Below, piece by piece: positions 39,509 to 47,760 of a stretch of 64,000 bases of DNA. The notes under the pieces were generated by a model, which did no database searches, was not told the origin of the DNA, and saw only the letters and a list, made by a program, of their open reading frames with translations. Source of the DNA: Acidimicrobiales bacterium. Its GTDB lineage: Bacteria > Actinomycetota > Acidimicrobiia > Acidimicrobiales > CAIXPF01. A program made the position numbers and the translations under genes. Positions within the stretch are counted from its first letter, which is position 1. Each line of letters starts with the position of its first letter. Location: assembly GCA_046155365.1 (NCBI GenBank), contig JBJXFH010000153.1, forward strand, positions 6,888 through 70,887, given 5' to 3'.

Positions 39509-39767
39509 TTAGTTCCCACATTGCGCGGTGTTGTCAGGTGTCGGATTGTGCGTCTGACCAGGTCATTTGCATATGGCGTATGACGCCCTGTAGTGCCGAA
39601 TACCGCCCTGTGTCAGATTTTCTGTGACCAATATGTGACCAGCGGGGCCAGGTTCTCCGGGCCGGCTCACGCTCCACGGGGCTGCGCCGCGGGCCTCCGG
39701 CGATGGGGTCCTGCGGTGCTTCTGGGCTGTCCGCTGGCTTGACCGTGGCGCGGTACGCTGGCGGTCG

Positions 39768-40364
39768 ATGGACCATGAGTGTCGCGAGCTGACGGCTGCT
39801 GACCGCGAGCGATTCCTGGCTGTGCGGGCGGGGGTACGGCCCGATCCCGAAGGGGTGGCTGCGATGTTTGAGCGAGCCCGTGAGGCGGCGGGGCCGGTAC
39901 ATGCGGCCACGTTGGCTGCCATCGAGCGGTACGTTGCTACCCGCTCCGCCCAGCCATCGTCTTGACCCGGACGTGGTGGGACGCCGAGGCGCTCGTCGCC
40001 TTGGTGCTGGGTACCGAGGCGGCACTGGCCGAGCATGAGGACGCCACGGTTTTGGCCGCGTTGGCGGCGGTGGCCGTGGATGTGCCGGGGCTGCTCACGA
40101 CCCAGGACCCTTCCTGATCTCGATGAGCTCGATCGTCGGGTGCGGGTGTGGGACACGCTCGCCGGGCAGCTGTCGACGGTGCCGCTCGACGAGTTGCTGA
40201 CGGAGGAGGCGAGGAATTTGGTGGCCGAGTTGCGCCTGCCCGCCCGCCACGCGTGGGAGCTCGCGGGTGCGCTTCGGGTCCGGACCCAGCGGGTGGTATC
40301 GGGGATCGACGCCTTGCTCACGGTCGCTCAGATGCTCGGCCTCCGGGTCGCACACGTCGGCTGA
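39768..40364 (+). pseudogene. frame-broken coding-like sequence (possibly N-terminal part of the integrase)
   Basis: Coding-like translation moves from frame 0 (39768-39962) to frame 2 (39962-40117) and back to frame 0 (40107-40364). Ends ...AQMLGLRVAHVG then TGA, in frame with the integrase tail. Confidence 0.35.
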
Positions 40365-40573
40365 ACGGCGCCGCCCGCACCGTCGCACAGGGCTGGCGCC
40401 GAGTTGTTGTCGGGGGTGGAGAGGCGGGCCGTCGTGGCCGCTGGCGTGCCGGTGAAGGTGATCTCCCAGCGGATCGGCCACGCCGACGTCGGTGTCACGC
40501 TCGCCGTCTATGACCAATCTGTGACCCAACGGGGCTCAAGTGTTGAGAAAAGGTGCTCTGACCAGGTCATTTG
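40365..40573 (+). pseudogene. tyrosine recombinase/integrase C-terminal fragment
   Basis: ...AAGVPVKVISQRIGHADVGVTLAVYDQS... matches the LGH...T...Y catalytic-Tyr tail. No upstream catalytic core; reads into the tRNA. Confidence 0.6.
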
Positions 40574-40669
40574 TGGCGGAGGTGGACGGGAATCGAACCC
40601 GCCGGACGGGGAGCGCCCGTCCCACCCGCTTTGAAGGCGGGGGAGCCCACCAGGTACCCAGACACCTCC
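40574..40669 (-). tRNA. selC: tRNA-Sec (anticodon UCA), CCA encoded
   Basis: 96 nt. Acceptor GGAGGTG/CACCTCC (7 bp) plus a 6-bp T stem gives 13 bp. Anticodon loop CTTCAAA; long variable arm GACGGG-CGCT-CCCGTC. selA/selB are in the window. Confidence 0.85.
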
Positions 40670-40707
40670 GCCCACCACGTTACCGGTCCAGAGGTGGCCG
40701 TGGGCTC

Positions 40708-40736
40708 TTGACATGGCCCGTGCTTTTTCATAGTCT
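40708..40736 (+). promoter_or_regulatory. candidate promoter of the Tad-like operon
   Basis: TTGACA (40708-40713), 17-nt spacer, TAGTCT (40731-40736; TAnnnT), in a locally AT-richer tract about 45 nt before GTG 40782. Confidence 0.45.
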
Positions 40737-40781
40737 CTCGGTACTTCCCCTAGCTGTTCAGTTGAACTGGTTGGGGGTTCT

Positions 40782-41453
40782 GTGCTTTTTGCGTGTTGGT
40801 CCGTAAAGGGCGGCTCCGGCGTTTCGGTGGTCTCCGCCGCGCTGGCCCATCGCTTGGCTTCGGTGCACGGTGGGGCGCTGCTGGTGGATCTGGGCGGTGA
40901 CCAGCCGGACATCCTCGGGGTCACCGCCCACACCGCGCCGGGGGTGGGGGACTGGTTAGCCAGCGGCGCTCAGAACGCCCGGGCACTGAGCCAGCTCGAG
41001 GTCAGCCTTGAGCGGGTCTCGCCGGTGCGATTGTTGACGCAGGGGACGAAGCCGCTCATTCCCGGCGCGCAGGTGGGGGTGCTGGCCGCCATCTTGGCCC
41101 GGCAAGATCGCCCGGTGGTGGTGGACTGCGGCGGGCCGCTGTTGAACCCGTTGAGCCCCGCCGGTGAGGTGGCCCTGGTCATGGCCGGCGGCGCCACCCG
41201 TTCCCTATTGGTGCTGCGGCCGTGTCTGGTCTCGCTGAGGCGGGCATTGAGCGCCCCCCTGCGGCCATCGGCTCTGGTGGTGGTCACCGAGGAAGGCCGC
41301 GGCCTGCGTGCTGCTGATGTCCCTGAAGTGCTCGGGGTTCCGCTGGCGGCTGAGGTGCCCGTGGACCCGGCCGTGGTTCGGATGGTGGATGCCGGGCTGC
41401 TGCTGGCGAGGTTGCCGCGCACCTTGGAACGGGGTCTGCGCCATGCCGCCTGA
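40782..41453 (+). CDS. CpaE/Ssd-like ParA-family protein of the helicase/secretion neighbourhood (degenerate P-loop)
   Basis: SVKGGSGVSVVSAALA in place of KGGVGKTT; first gene of the Tad-like operon. Confidence 0.7.
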   Translation: MLFACWSVKGGSGVSVVSAALAHRLASVHGGALLVDLGGDQPDILGVTAHTAPGVGDWLASGAQNARALSQLEVSLERVSPVRLLTQGTKPLIPGAQVGVLAAILARQDRPVVVDCGGPLLNPLSPAGEVALVMAGGATRSLLVLRPCLVSLRRALSAPLRPSALVVVTEEGRGLRAADVPEVLGVPLAAEVPVDPAVVRMVDAGLLLARLPRTLERGLRHAA

Positions 41454-42519
41454 TCGATCCGCTGGGGTTAAGGGGCAGGGAGGTACTGCTACTGCTGGCC
41501 CTCCACCGTCGCCGCTGCAGCGTTATGGCCGGCTGGCATTGCTGCTGTCGGACCAAGACGTGAGCGAGGTGATGATCAACGGCACCGAGGTGTGGGTGGA
41601 GCGCGGCGGGGCGTTGGCCCGGGCCGGGCTTCGCCTGGACCCGGCTGAGGTTCAGAGCCTTATCGAGGGGATAGTGGGGCCCGCCGGCGCCAGGGTGGAT
41701 CGGGCCAGCCCCATCGTTGACGTGCGCTTGGCGGATGGGTCCCGGGTGAGCATCGTGGTGCCCCCGGTGGCTCTGGACGGTCCGTGCGTGGCCATCCGGC
41801 GATTCGTGCTGCGCCGGGCCGTCCTGGAGGACTTCGCCTCACCCGAGGTGGCCGCATTGCTGGCGGCGGCGGTCCGACAACGGGTCAACATGGTGGTCAG
41901 CGGCGGTACCGGTTCCGGCAAGACCACGCTGCTCAACGCTCTGGCGGCCCATGTCTCCCATCACGAGCGCATCGTCACCATTGAGGACACCGCGGAACTT
42001 CGCCTCGGCCATCCCCACGTCGTGCGGTTGGAGGCCCGGCCACCGAACACCGAGGGCGTGGGGGAAGTCACCGTCCGCGCCCTGGTGAAGGCGGCGCTGC
42101 GGCTGCGTCCGGATCGGATCCTGGTGGGCGAGGCTCGCGGCGCCGAAGTGATGGACGTGCTGCAGGCCATGAACAGCGGGCACGCCGGTTCCATGTCCAC
42201 CTGCCACGCCAACTCGCCACGTGACGCGCTACGCCGGCTGGAGGCGTTGGCGCTGTTGGGCGGATCGGACCTCTCGGGCTCCTCCCTGCCGGGCGCCTTT
42301 GTGCGAGATCAGCTGATCGGCGCCGTACAACTGCTGGTGCAGGTGCGGCGCTCCACCGGCCACGCCCGGCAGGTGACCGACGTGGTGGTGCTCGGCGACG
42401 GGGCGGATTGGGTCAGTGGTGAGGGGCTGCGGCCGCTGGTGTCCCACGGCCGGCCAGTACCCGGTTCCAGGTCTCCCTGGCCTGAGCTGTTGGGCGCCAT
42501 GCCCGGCCGCGCCGCATGA
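41443..42519 (+). CDS. TadA/CpaF-type secretion ATPase
   Basis: ...[17 protein letters not shown]...[17 protein letters not shown]...IEDTAELRL...[10 protein letters not shown]...[13 protein letters not shown]. Confidence 0.9.
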   Translation: MPPDRSAGVKGQGGTATAGPPPSPLQRYGRLALLLSDQDVSEVMINGTEVWVERGGALARAGLRLDPAEVQSLIEGIVGPAGARVDRASPIVDVRLADGSRVSIVVPPVALDGPCVAIRRFVLRRAVLEDFASPEVAALLAAAVRQRVNMVVSGGTGSGKTTLLNALAAHVSHHERIVTIEDTAELRLGHPHVVRLEARPPNTEGVGEVTVRALVKAALRLRPDRILVGEARGAEVMDVLQAMNSGHAGSMSTCHANSPRDALRRLEALALLGGSDLSGSSLPGAFVRDQLIGAVQLLVQVRRSTGHARQVTDVVVLGDGADWVSGEGLRPLVSHGRPVPGSRSPWPELLGAMPGRAA

Positions 42520-43370
42520 CCGCCGGCACCTTCATGGTCCCGCTGGTCGGGTTGGGGCTGCTGGGGGCGTGCGGGGCCCGGCACTGGGCGCAGCGGATCA
42601 CCCGCCGGGACGCCGTGCTGCACCGCCTGCGAGGTGGTCATGCCGGCCACCAGCCGTTCCCTGCCCTGGGCGTTTCGCCGGCGCTGATGGGGCGTCGTTG
42701 GTTGGTGCTGTCGCCGTTGATGGTTGTGCCCTTGGGAATGGCGGCTGGCGTGGGCGCGTTCTCGCTGGTAGTGGCGCTGGCGGCCTCCGCCACGATGGTT
42801 CTGGTCCGCCAGGAGTCACAGCGGCGGGAGCCTGCTCGTTATGAGCGGGCCCTGACCGCAGCGTTGGACTCCCTGGCCCGACAGCTGCGCGCCGGGGACA
42901 GCCTCCGCGTCGGTCTCGTTCAGGTGGCTGATGACGCCGCGGGGCCCCTCGGTGAAGACCTCCGGATGCTGCACGCTTCGCTCGATCGGGGCGAACTGTT
43001 CACTGTGGCGCTGCAGCGTTGGGCCGCACGTCGACCGGTCCCGGCCATCAGTCGAGTGGCCGCCGGCCTGGGCGTGGGGTTCGCCTCCGGGTCGTTGCGG
43101 GCCCGTCATGTAGAGGCGTTGGCCGACGGCCTCCGCCAAGACCAGCAGGTCCAACGTGAAGCGACGTCGTGGGCCGCGCAAGCCCAGGCATCGGCGCTGA
43201 TCATGGTGGTCAGCCCGTTGGCCTTCTCCCTGTTGTTGGCCAGCGGGGACCCGGCGGTCCGAGGCTTTTTCCTGCACGGCCCGCTGGGGCTGGCCTGCCT
43301 GGCGATCGGGCTCGCGCTGGATCTGGCAGCCGCCGCGTTCATGACCCACATGGTGGCGGTGGTTCGATGA
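42516..43370 (+). CDS. TadB-like type II secretion F-family membrane protein
   Basis: ATGA coupling to the ATPase gene; TM-cytoplasmic domain-TM layout; operon position. Confidence 0.65.
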   Translation: MTAGTFMVPLVGLGLLGACGARHWAQRITRRDAVLHRLRGGHAGHQPFPALGVSPALMGRRWLVLSPLMVVPLGMAAGVGAFSLVVALAASATMVLVRQESQRREPARYERALTAALDSLARQLRAGDSLRVGLVQVADDAAGPLGEDLRMLHASLDRGELFTVALQRWAARRPVPAISRVAAGLGVGFASGSLRARHVEALADGLRQDQQVQREATSWAAQAQASALIMVVSPLAFSLLLASGDPAVRGFFLHGPLGLACLAIGLALDLAAAAFMTHMVAVVR

Positions 43371-44050
43371 GCGGAGCCGCGGGATCCACGCTGATCATTG
43401 GCCTGTGGATGGCTCCGGCCGGTTGGCTCTGGCGCCGGCGCCCACACTGGGTGCATGGACCAGAGCCGGTTGTTGGGTTGGTGGTGGCGGCCTTGGTGCT
43501 GTGGCGCTGGTGGCCGGCGGCGTGGCTGGTGCCGGGGCTGTGGGTGACGTGGCGGGGAGGCCAGCGGATTCGTCAGGTCGGCCAACGTAAGCAGGCCCAC
43601 GGCCGCGCTGCGGACCGGGCGGCTGAGCTGGCCTCGTTGTTGGAGTTGGCCCTGCAGGGCGGGGTGAGCTTGCGGCGGGCATTGGATGATGTCCATCCCT
43701 GGGTGCTGGCGCCGCTGGGTCCGGCGCTGGCCACGGCGCTGGGTCGGGTGCAGGGCGGCGCGGCGCTGTCCGATGAGCTCGAGGCGCTGGTGCAGGGGCC
43801 CCACCCCGAGCTCGACGGCCTGTGGCGGTTGCTTCGCGCCGTTGAACGCGATGGGGCCCCGGCCGCCCCGGCGTTGGCGGCGCTCACGGCGGAGGCTCGC
43901 CTGGAACGACGTCATCGGCTGGAGCGCTCGGCCCGTCGCCTGCCGCTACGGCTGCTGGGTCCCCTGGTCGGCGGGGTGCTGCCAGCGTTCGTGCTGCTGG
44001 CAGTGGTGCCCATGCTGGCGGGCGCGTTGGCCGGGTTGCGCTCGCCGTGA
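43367..44050 (+). CDS. TadC-like type II secretion F-family membrane protein
   Basis: ATGA coupling at 43367; ...RAAELASLLELALQGGVSLRRAL... followed by C-terminal TMs. Confidence 0.65.
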   Translation: MSGAAGSTLIIGLWMAPAGWLWRRRPHWVHGPEPVVGLVVAALVLWRWWPAAWLVPGLWVTWRGGQRIRQVGQRKQAHGRAADRAAELASLLELALQGGVSLRRALDDVHPWVLAPLGPALATALGRVQGGAALSDELEALVQGPHPELDGLWRLLRAVERDGAPAAPALAALTAEARLERRHRLERSARRLPLRLLGPLVGGVLPAFVLLAVVPMLAGALAGLRSP

Positions 44051-44171
44051 CCATCCAACTTTTCGGGGCCGACGAGGCCCTTCATCGATCGGCTTTGCGC
44101 CCGCTGACGGGCCAAGCACACACGTGGCCCTCTACCTCCTCAGCTGACGGGCTGGGCCAACGGGAGAACCC

Positions 44172-44402
44172 ATGACCACCCCACAGACCGCCCGACCCGA
44201 CGCGCCCTCCGCCCGTCGCCTTTCGCTGATCGCGACCCGCCGAGGATCCTCCGAGCTCGGTCAGGCCACCGTCGAATACGCCCTGGTGGTGTTGGCCGCT
44301 GCAGCGGTGGCCCTCTTGGTTATTGCTTGGGCGGCGCGAACCGGCAAGGTCGGCGAGCTGCTCGACCGGGTATTCGACCAGGTCGTGGCCCGTGCCGGCT
44401 GA
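44172..44402 (+). CDS. Flp-like/DUF4244 pilin-type small protein
   Basis: ...ELGQATVEYALVVLAAAAVALLVIAW...: G/xxxxEY prepilin-type motif followed by a hydrophobic helix. Confidence 0.7.
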   Translation: MTTPQTARPDAPSARRLSLIATRRGSSELGQATVEYALVVLAAAAVALLVIAWAARTGKVGELLDRVFDQVVARAG

Positions 44403-44409
44403 CCCACCA

Positions 44410-44892
44410 GTGCGAGCCTCGTCACCCGGCCGACCTGGCCCACACATCGCAACCGGCCCACACATCGCAACCGGGCCACCCACCGCAACCGGCTCAACCG
44501 GGAAGGGGTGGTGGAGCAGGCGAACCGGCGCGGCGGGGGAGCGGGGGAGCGCCACGGTGGAGTTGGCGCTCTTGCTGCCGTTGTTGTTCAGCCTGGTGCT
44601 GCTGATCGTCCAGGCCGGCCTGGTGTTGCGGGACCAACTGCTGGTGGTCGGGGCCGCGCGCGAGATTGCCCGGGCGGTTGCCATAGACGGCAGTGCTGAC
44701 GGCTCGTCGGTGTTGCCCTATCCGGGGCTGCAACCCGATCGACTTTCCATCGAGGTGACCCGCGCCGGCCGTTACACCACGGCCAACGTGCGTTACCGCA
44801 GCGAGATTGTGCTGCCGGTGCTGCGGCTGACGGTGACGGACATCGAGTTGGAAGCAGAACTCACCATGCGTGACGAAGAGGTCCCGCTATGA
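44410..44892 (+). CDS. TadE-like pseudopilin
   Basis: ...ERGSATVELALLLPLLFSLVLLIVQAGLV... TadE N-terminal motif. GTG 44410 is the first in-frame start after the Flp gene stop. The leader contains a GPHIAT repeat. Confidence 0.65.
   Translation: MRASSPGRPGPHIATGPHIATGPPTATGSTGKGWWSRRTGAAGERGSATVELALLLPLLFSLVLLIVQAGLVLRDQLLVVGAAREIARAVAIDGSADGSSVLPYPGLQPDRLSIEVTRAGRYTTANVRYRSEIVLPVLRLTVTDIELEAELTMRDEEVPL
44437..44490 (+). repeat. 18-bp tandem repeat x3 (third copy diverged)
   Basis: ggcccacacatcgcaacc at 44437-44454 and 44455-44472 (identical), then gggccacccaccgcaacc. Confidence 0.85.
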
Positions 44893-47252
44893 GCTTGAGC
44901 GGCGCTATCCGGCGATTCCGTGGGATCCGGAGGCTGCGTCGGTTGGCCCAGCAGCGCTTCCAGCAGCCGGCGGGCGCCGGCCTTGGACAGCGGCTCGTTG
45001 CCGTTTCCGCACTTCGGGGATACCACGCAGGACGGGCACCCGGTGGCACAACCGCAGCTCCGCAGCACGTCCAACGTCTCGCTCAGGTGCCGATCGGCGG
45101 ATTCGAAAGCCAACTCGGCAATGCCCGCGCCGCCGGGATAGCCGTCGTAGATGGTGACCGTGGCCAGGCCGGTGTCAGGGTGACAAGCGGTGGACACCCC
45201 GCCCACGTCCCACCGATCACAGATCGTGAACAACGGCAACATGCCGATAGCGGTGTGCTCCAGCGCGTGCAGGGCGCCGGGGAGGTCTGCGGTCCCCACC
45301 CCGCTTCGGGTCAGCAGCGCTGCGTCGAACGTGTACCACACGGCCCGGGTTCGCAGCACCGAGGGGGGCAGATCAAGCGGTTCGTTGCCCAAGATGGTGC
45401 GGGTGCGCACGTCAAGGCGCTGGTAGCCGGTGACCTGGGTGACCACCTCGATCTCACCCAGGTGCAGCGAGGCGCCACCCGCCGGGCGTTGTTGGGTTAC
45501 CGCCAGGATACGGAAGGACACATCCGAACGGGGCGAGGTGTACTCCTCGCCGTCCGCAGCGGACACCCAGGCGCTGCGCTGATCGAGGTCCAGCACCTCC
45601 ACCCGATAGGTCAGGCCCTGGTGCAGATAGATCGCGCCGGGGTGCACACTGGAGCAGGCCCGGGCCATGTCGACGGTCCCCACCAGCTCGGCCTGCCCAT
45701 CGGGCCGGCCCCGAAGGATCTTCACCTCGGCGGAGCCGGCACTGCGCAGCCCCAAGCCATGGGAGGGCCAGCCCCGGCCATTCCAGGCGGCCACCGCCCC
45801 GTGAGGACCGCGCCGGCGGACGGTCAGGCGCTCGTCGAGGGCCAGGCGCACCACCGCCTCGTCGAGATCATCAGGCCACAGCAGCCCGTCCAGCGCCGAC
45901 AAGGGGAGCTCGTGGGCGGCGCATTCCAGATGGGGGTCCAGCACCCAACGGTTGGCGGGATTGATCACCGCCGGCTCCGGCGGGCGGTTGAACAGCTGCT
46001 CGGGATGACGCACCAGCCACTGGTCGAGTTGGTCATCGCCGGCCACCAGCACGGCCACGCTGGAGGTGGCGCCGCGCCCGGCCCGTCCCGCCTGTTGCCA
46101 CATCGACGCCAGCGTGCCGGGAAAGCCACTCAGCACGCAGGCGTCCAGCCCGGCGATGTCGATGCCCAACTCCAGTGCCGAGGTGGCCACCACCCCCGCG
46201 AGGCGGCCCTGGGACAGGTCCAACTCCACCCGGCGGCGTTCCTCGGTCAGATACCCGGCCCGGTAGGGCTGCACCAGGCCGGAGAAGGCACTGGGCAGGC
46301 GGCGTTTGATGTCCGCGGCCACCAGCTCGGTGCTGCGGCGGCTCCGGCAGAACACGATGGTGCGCCGGTCCGCTCGCATCAGGGCCGAGGCCACCGTCGC
46401 AGCCTCGTTCCCCGCAGACGCCCGGGTGCCGCGATCTTCCAACAGGGGCGGGTTCCACAATGCGAACAATCGCTCCCCCAAGGGGGACCCGTCGGCGCTG
46501 ACCTCGGTCACCGGGAGCCCACACAACGCCGACGCCAACCGGTCCGCGTGACCCAACGTGGCCGACGTGAACACGAAGGTGGGACTGGCCCCATACAACC
46601 GGCACAGCCGCCGCAGTCGGCGCAAGAGGTGTGCCACATGGGAGCCAAAGATCCCCCGCAGCACGTGCAACTCGTCCACCACCACGTAGCGCAGACGCCC
46701 CAGGAACCGGGCCCACCGCTCGTGGTGAGGCAACAGCCCGTGGTGCAACATCTCCGGGTTGGTGAACAACACGTTGGCGTTACGGCGAGCCCAAGCCCGC
46801 TCGGAGCGCCCGGCATCCCCGTCGTAGGTGGCGGCCTGCAGGCGCGGCACCCTCAATGCCGTCATGGCTCGGAGCTGGTCCTGCGCCAGAGCTTTCGTCG
46901 GAACCAGCACCAGGGCGCTGCCGGAGCGCACCGGTGTTTGCACCGCTTCGGCCACCACTGCCTGGTAGCAGAGCGATTTTCCGGAGCCTGTGCCCGTGGC
47001 CACCGCCACCGAATGACCGTCGCGCAGCAGGTCTATGGCCCGGGCCTGGTGCCACCACAGCTGATCCACCCCCAGCGCTTCACGAACCGTGGCCGGCAGC
47101 GGGCGGCTCAGGGACCCGAACACCGCCGGGCGGGCCGCCAGCCGTTCGAGGTGCACCAGCCGCCCGTCGGCGCCCATCTCGCGCAACAGGGCCTCCACGT
47201 CAGCGTTGCCGCTGCGGAGGCCGGGCACCTCGGCGATCGAGGGTGCGGGCAC
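44793..47252 (-). CDS. DExH-box helicase with C-terminal DUF1998 zinc domain (YprA/MrfA-like)
   Basis: ...VATGTGSGKSLCY...YVVVDELHVLRG...; C-terminus ...CGCATGCPSCVVSPKCGNGNEPL... Confidence 0.9.
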   Translation of the reverse strand: MPAPSIAEVPGLRSGNADVEALLREMGADGRLVHLERLAARPAVFGSLSRPLPATVREALGVDQLWWHQARAIDLLRDGHSVAVATGTGSGKSLCYQAVVAEAVQTPVRSGSALVLVPTKALAQDQLRAMTALRVPRLQAATYDGDAGRSERAWARRNANVLFTNPEMLHHGLLPHHERWARFLGRLRYVVVDELHVLRGIFGSHVAHLLRRLRRLCRLYGASPTFVFTSATLGHADRLASALCGLPVTEVSADGSPLGERLFALWNPPLLEDRGTRASAGNEAATVASALMRADRRTIVFCRSRRSTELVAADIKRRLPSAFSGLVQPYRAGYLTEERRRVELDLSQGRLAGVVATSALELGIDIAGLDACVLSGFPGTLASMWQQAGRAGRGATSSVAVLVAGDDQLDQWLVRHPEQLFNRPPEPAVINPANRWVLDPHLECAAHELPLSALDGLLWPDDLDEAVVRLALDERLTVRRRGPHGAVAAWNGRGWPSHGLGLRSAGSAEVKILRGRPDGQAELVGTVDMARACSSVHPGAIYLHQGLTYRVEVLDLDQRSAWVSAADGEEYTSPRSDVSFRILAVTQQRPAGGASLHLGEIEVVTQVTGYQRLDVRTRTILGNEPLDLPPSVLRTRAVWYTFDAALLTRSGVGTADLPGALHALEHTAIGMLPLFTICDRWDVGGVSTACHPDTGLATVTIYDGYPGGAGIAELAFESADRHLSETLDVLRSCGCATGCPSCVVSPKCGNGNEPLSKAGARRLLEALLGQPTQPPDPTESPDSAAQAHSGTSSSRMVSSASNSMSVTVSRSTGSTISLR

Positions 47253-47445
47253 TGGGCGAGGCTAACTCACGACCGCGTAATTTCAGGGTCGAACTTCCCG
47301 CAGCCGTCCCCGGCTTGGGGAAATCCACCCGAAGCTGCTGTTCCAACGATGCTGCCCCAACCGGCGTCGAGTAGGGGCCAGTAGAATCGCACCCATCTTC
47401 TTCGCGGTAGAACATTCCCTCGATGAGCGCCGGTCGGTCCTTGGT

Positions 47446-47760
47446 GTGACCGTGCGCGGGGATGTGGACCTGTCCGTCACACCGCGGCTGCGGCGGGCGT
47501 TCCTGGAGGTCGATAGCGCCGGTCATCGTCAGCTCGAAGTGGACCTGCAGCGGGTGGAGTTCTTGGACTCGGCCGGCATCGGGGTCCTCATCGGCGCGTT
47601 GCGGCGGGCCCGTCGTGCCGGCGGCAACCTGGTGGTCACCGCCATGAGCGCCGAGGTGGCCGACGTGTTCGAGCTCCTCGGGTTGGACCTGGTGTTCGGC
47701 GTATCGGCACCAACCCAGGCTGCCGTCGCGCCGTTACCAGCGGACAAGGCGGCATCGTGA
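47446..47760 (+). CDS. STAS-domain anti-sigma-factor antagonist
   Basis: ...VRGDVDLSVTPRLRRAF...VEFLDSAGIGVLIGALRRA... Confidence 0.75.
   Translation: MTVRGDVDLSVTPRLRRAFLEVDSAGHRQLEVDLQRVEFLDSAGIGVLIGALRRARRAGGNLVVTAMSAEVADVFELLGLDLVFGVSAPTQAAVAPLPADKAAS

Larger units (their letters stand above)
39481..40573. mobile_element. decayed tRNA-Sec-integrated element (remnant, ~1.1 kb)
   Basis: Bounded by the 28-bp direct repeat. Contains only frame-broken coding sequence ending in an integrase C-terminus, plus repeated TGACC motifs near both ends. Confidence 0.65.

Noticed and set aside
40670-40781. Searched for a 6C-type sRNA (two hairpins with C-rich loops), which is typically associated with CpaE/pilus-assembly neighbourhoods in actinobacteria.
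   Set aside because: There is no pair of C-rich-loop hairpins here or in 39368-39767 on either strand. The only C7 loop (antisense of 19683-19689) is a single hairpin upstream of whiB.
47421-47448. A short ATG mini-ORF (MSAGRSLV*) ending where the STAS gene starts in another frame, suggesting a frameshifted longer STAS N-terminus.
   Set aside because: GTG 47446 gives a STAS protein of acceptable length (104 aa). There is no slippery sequence or other evidence, so this may be coincidence.
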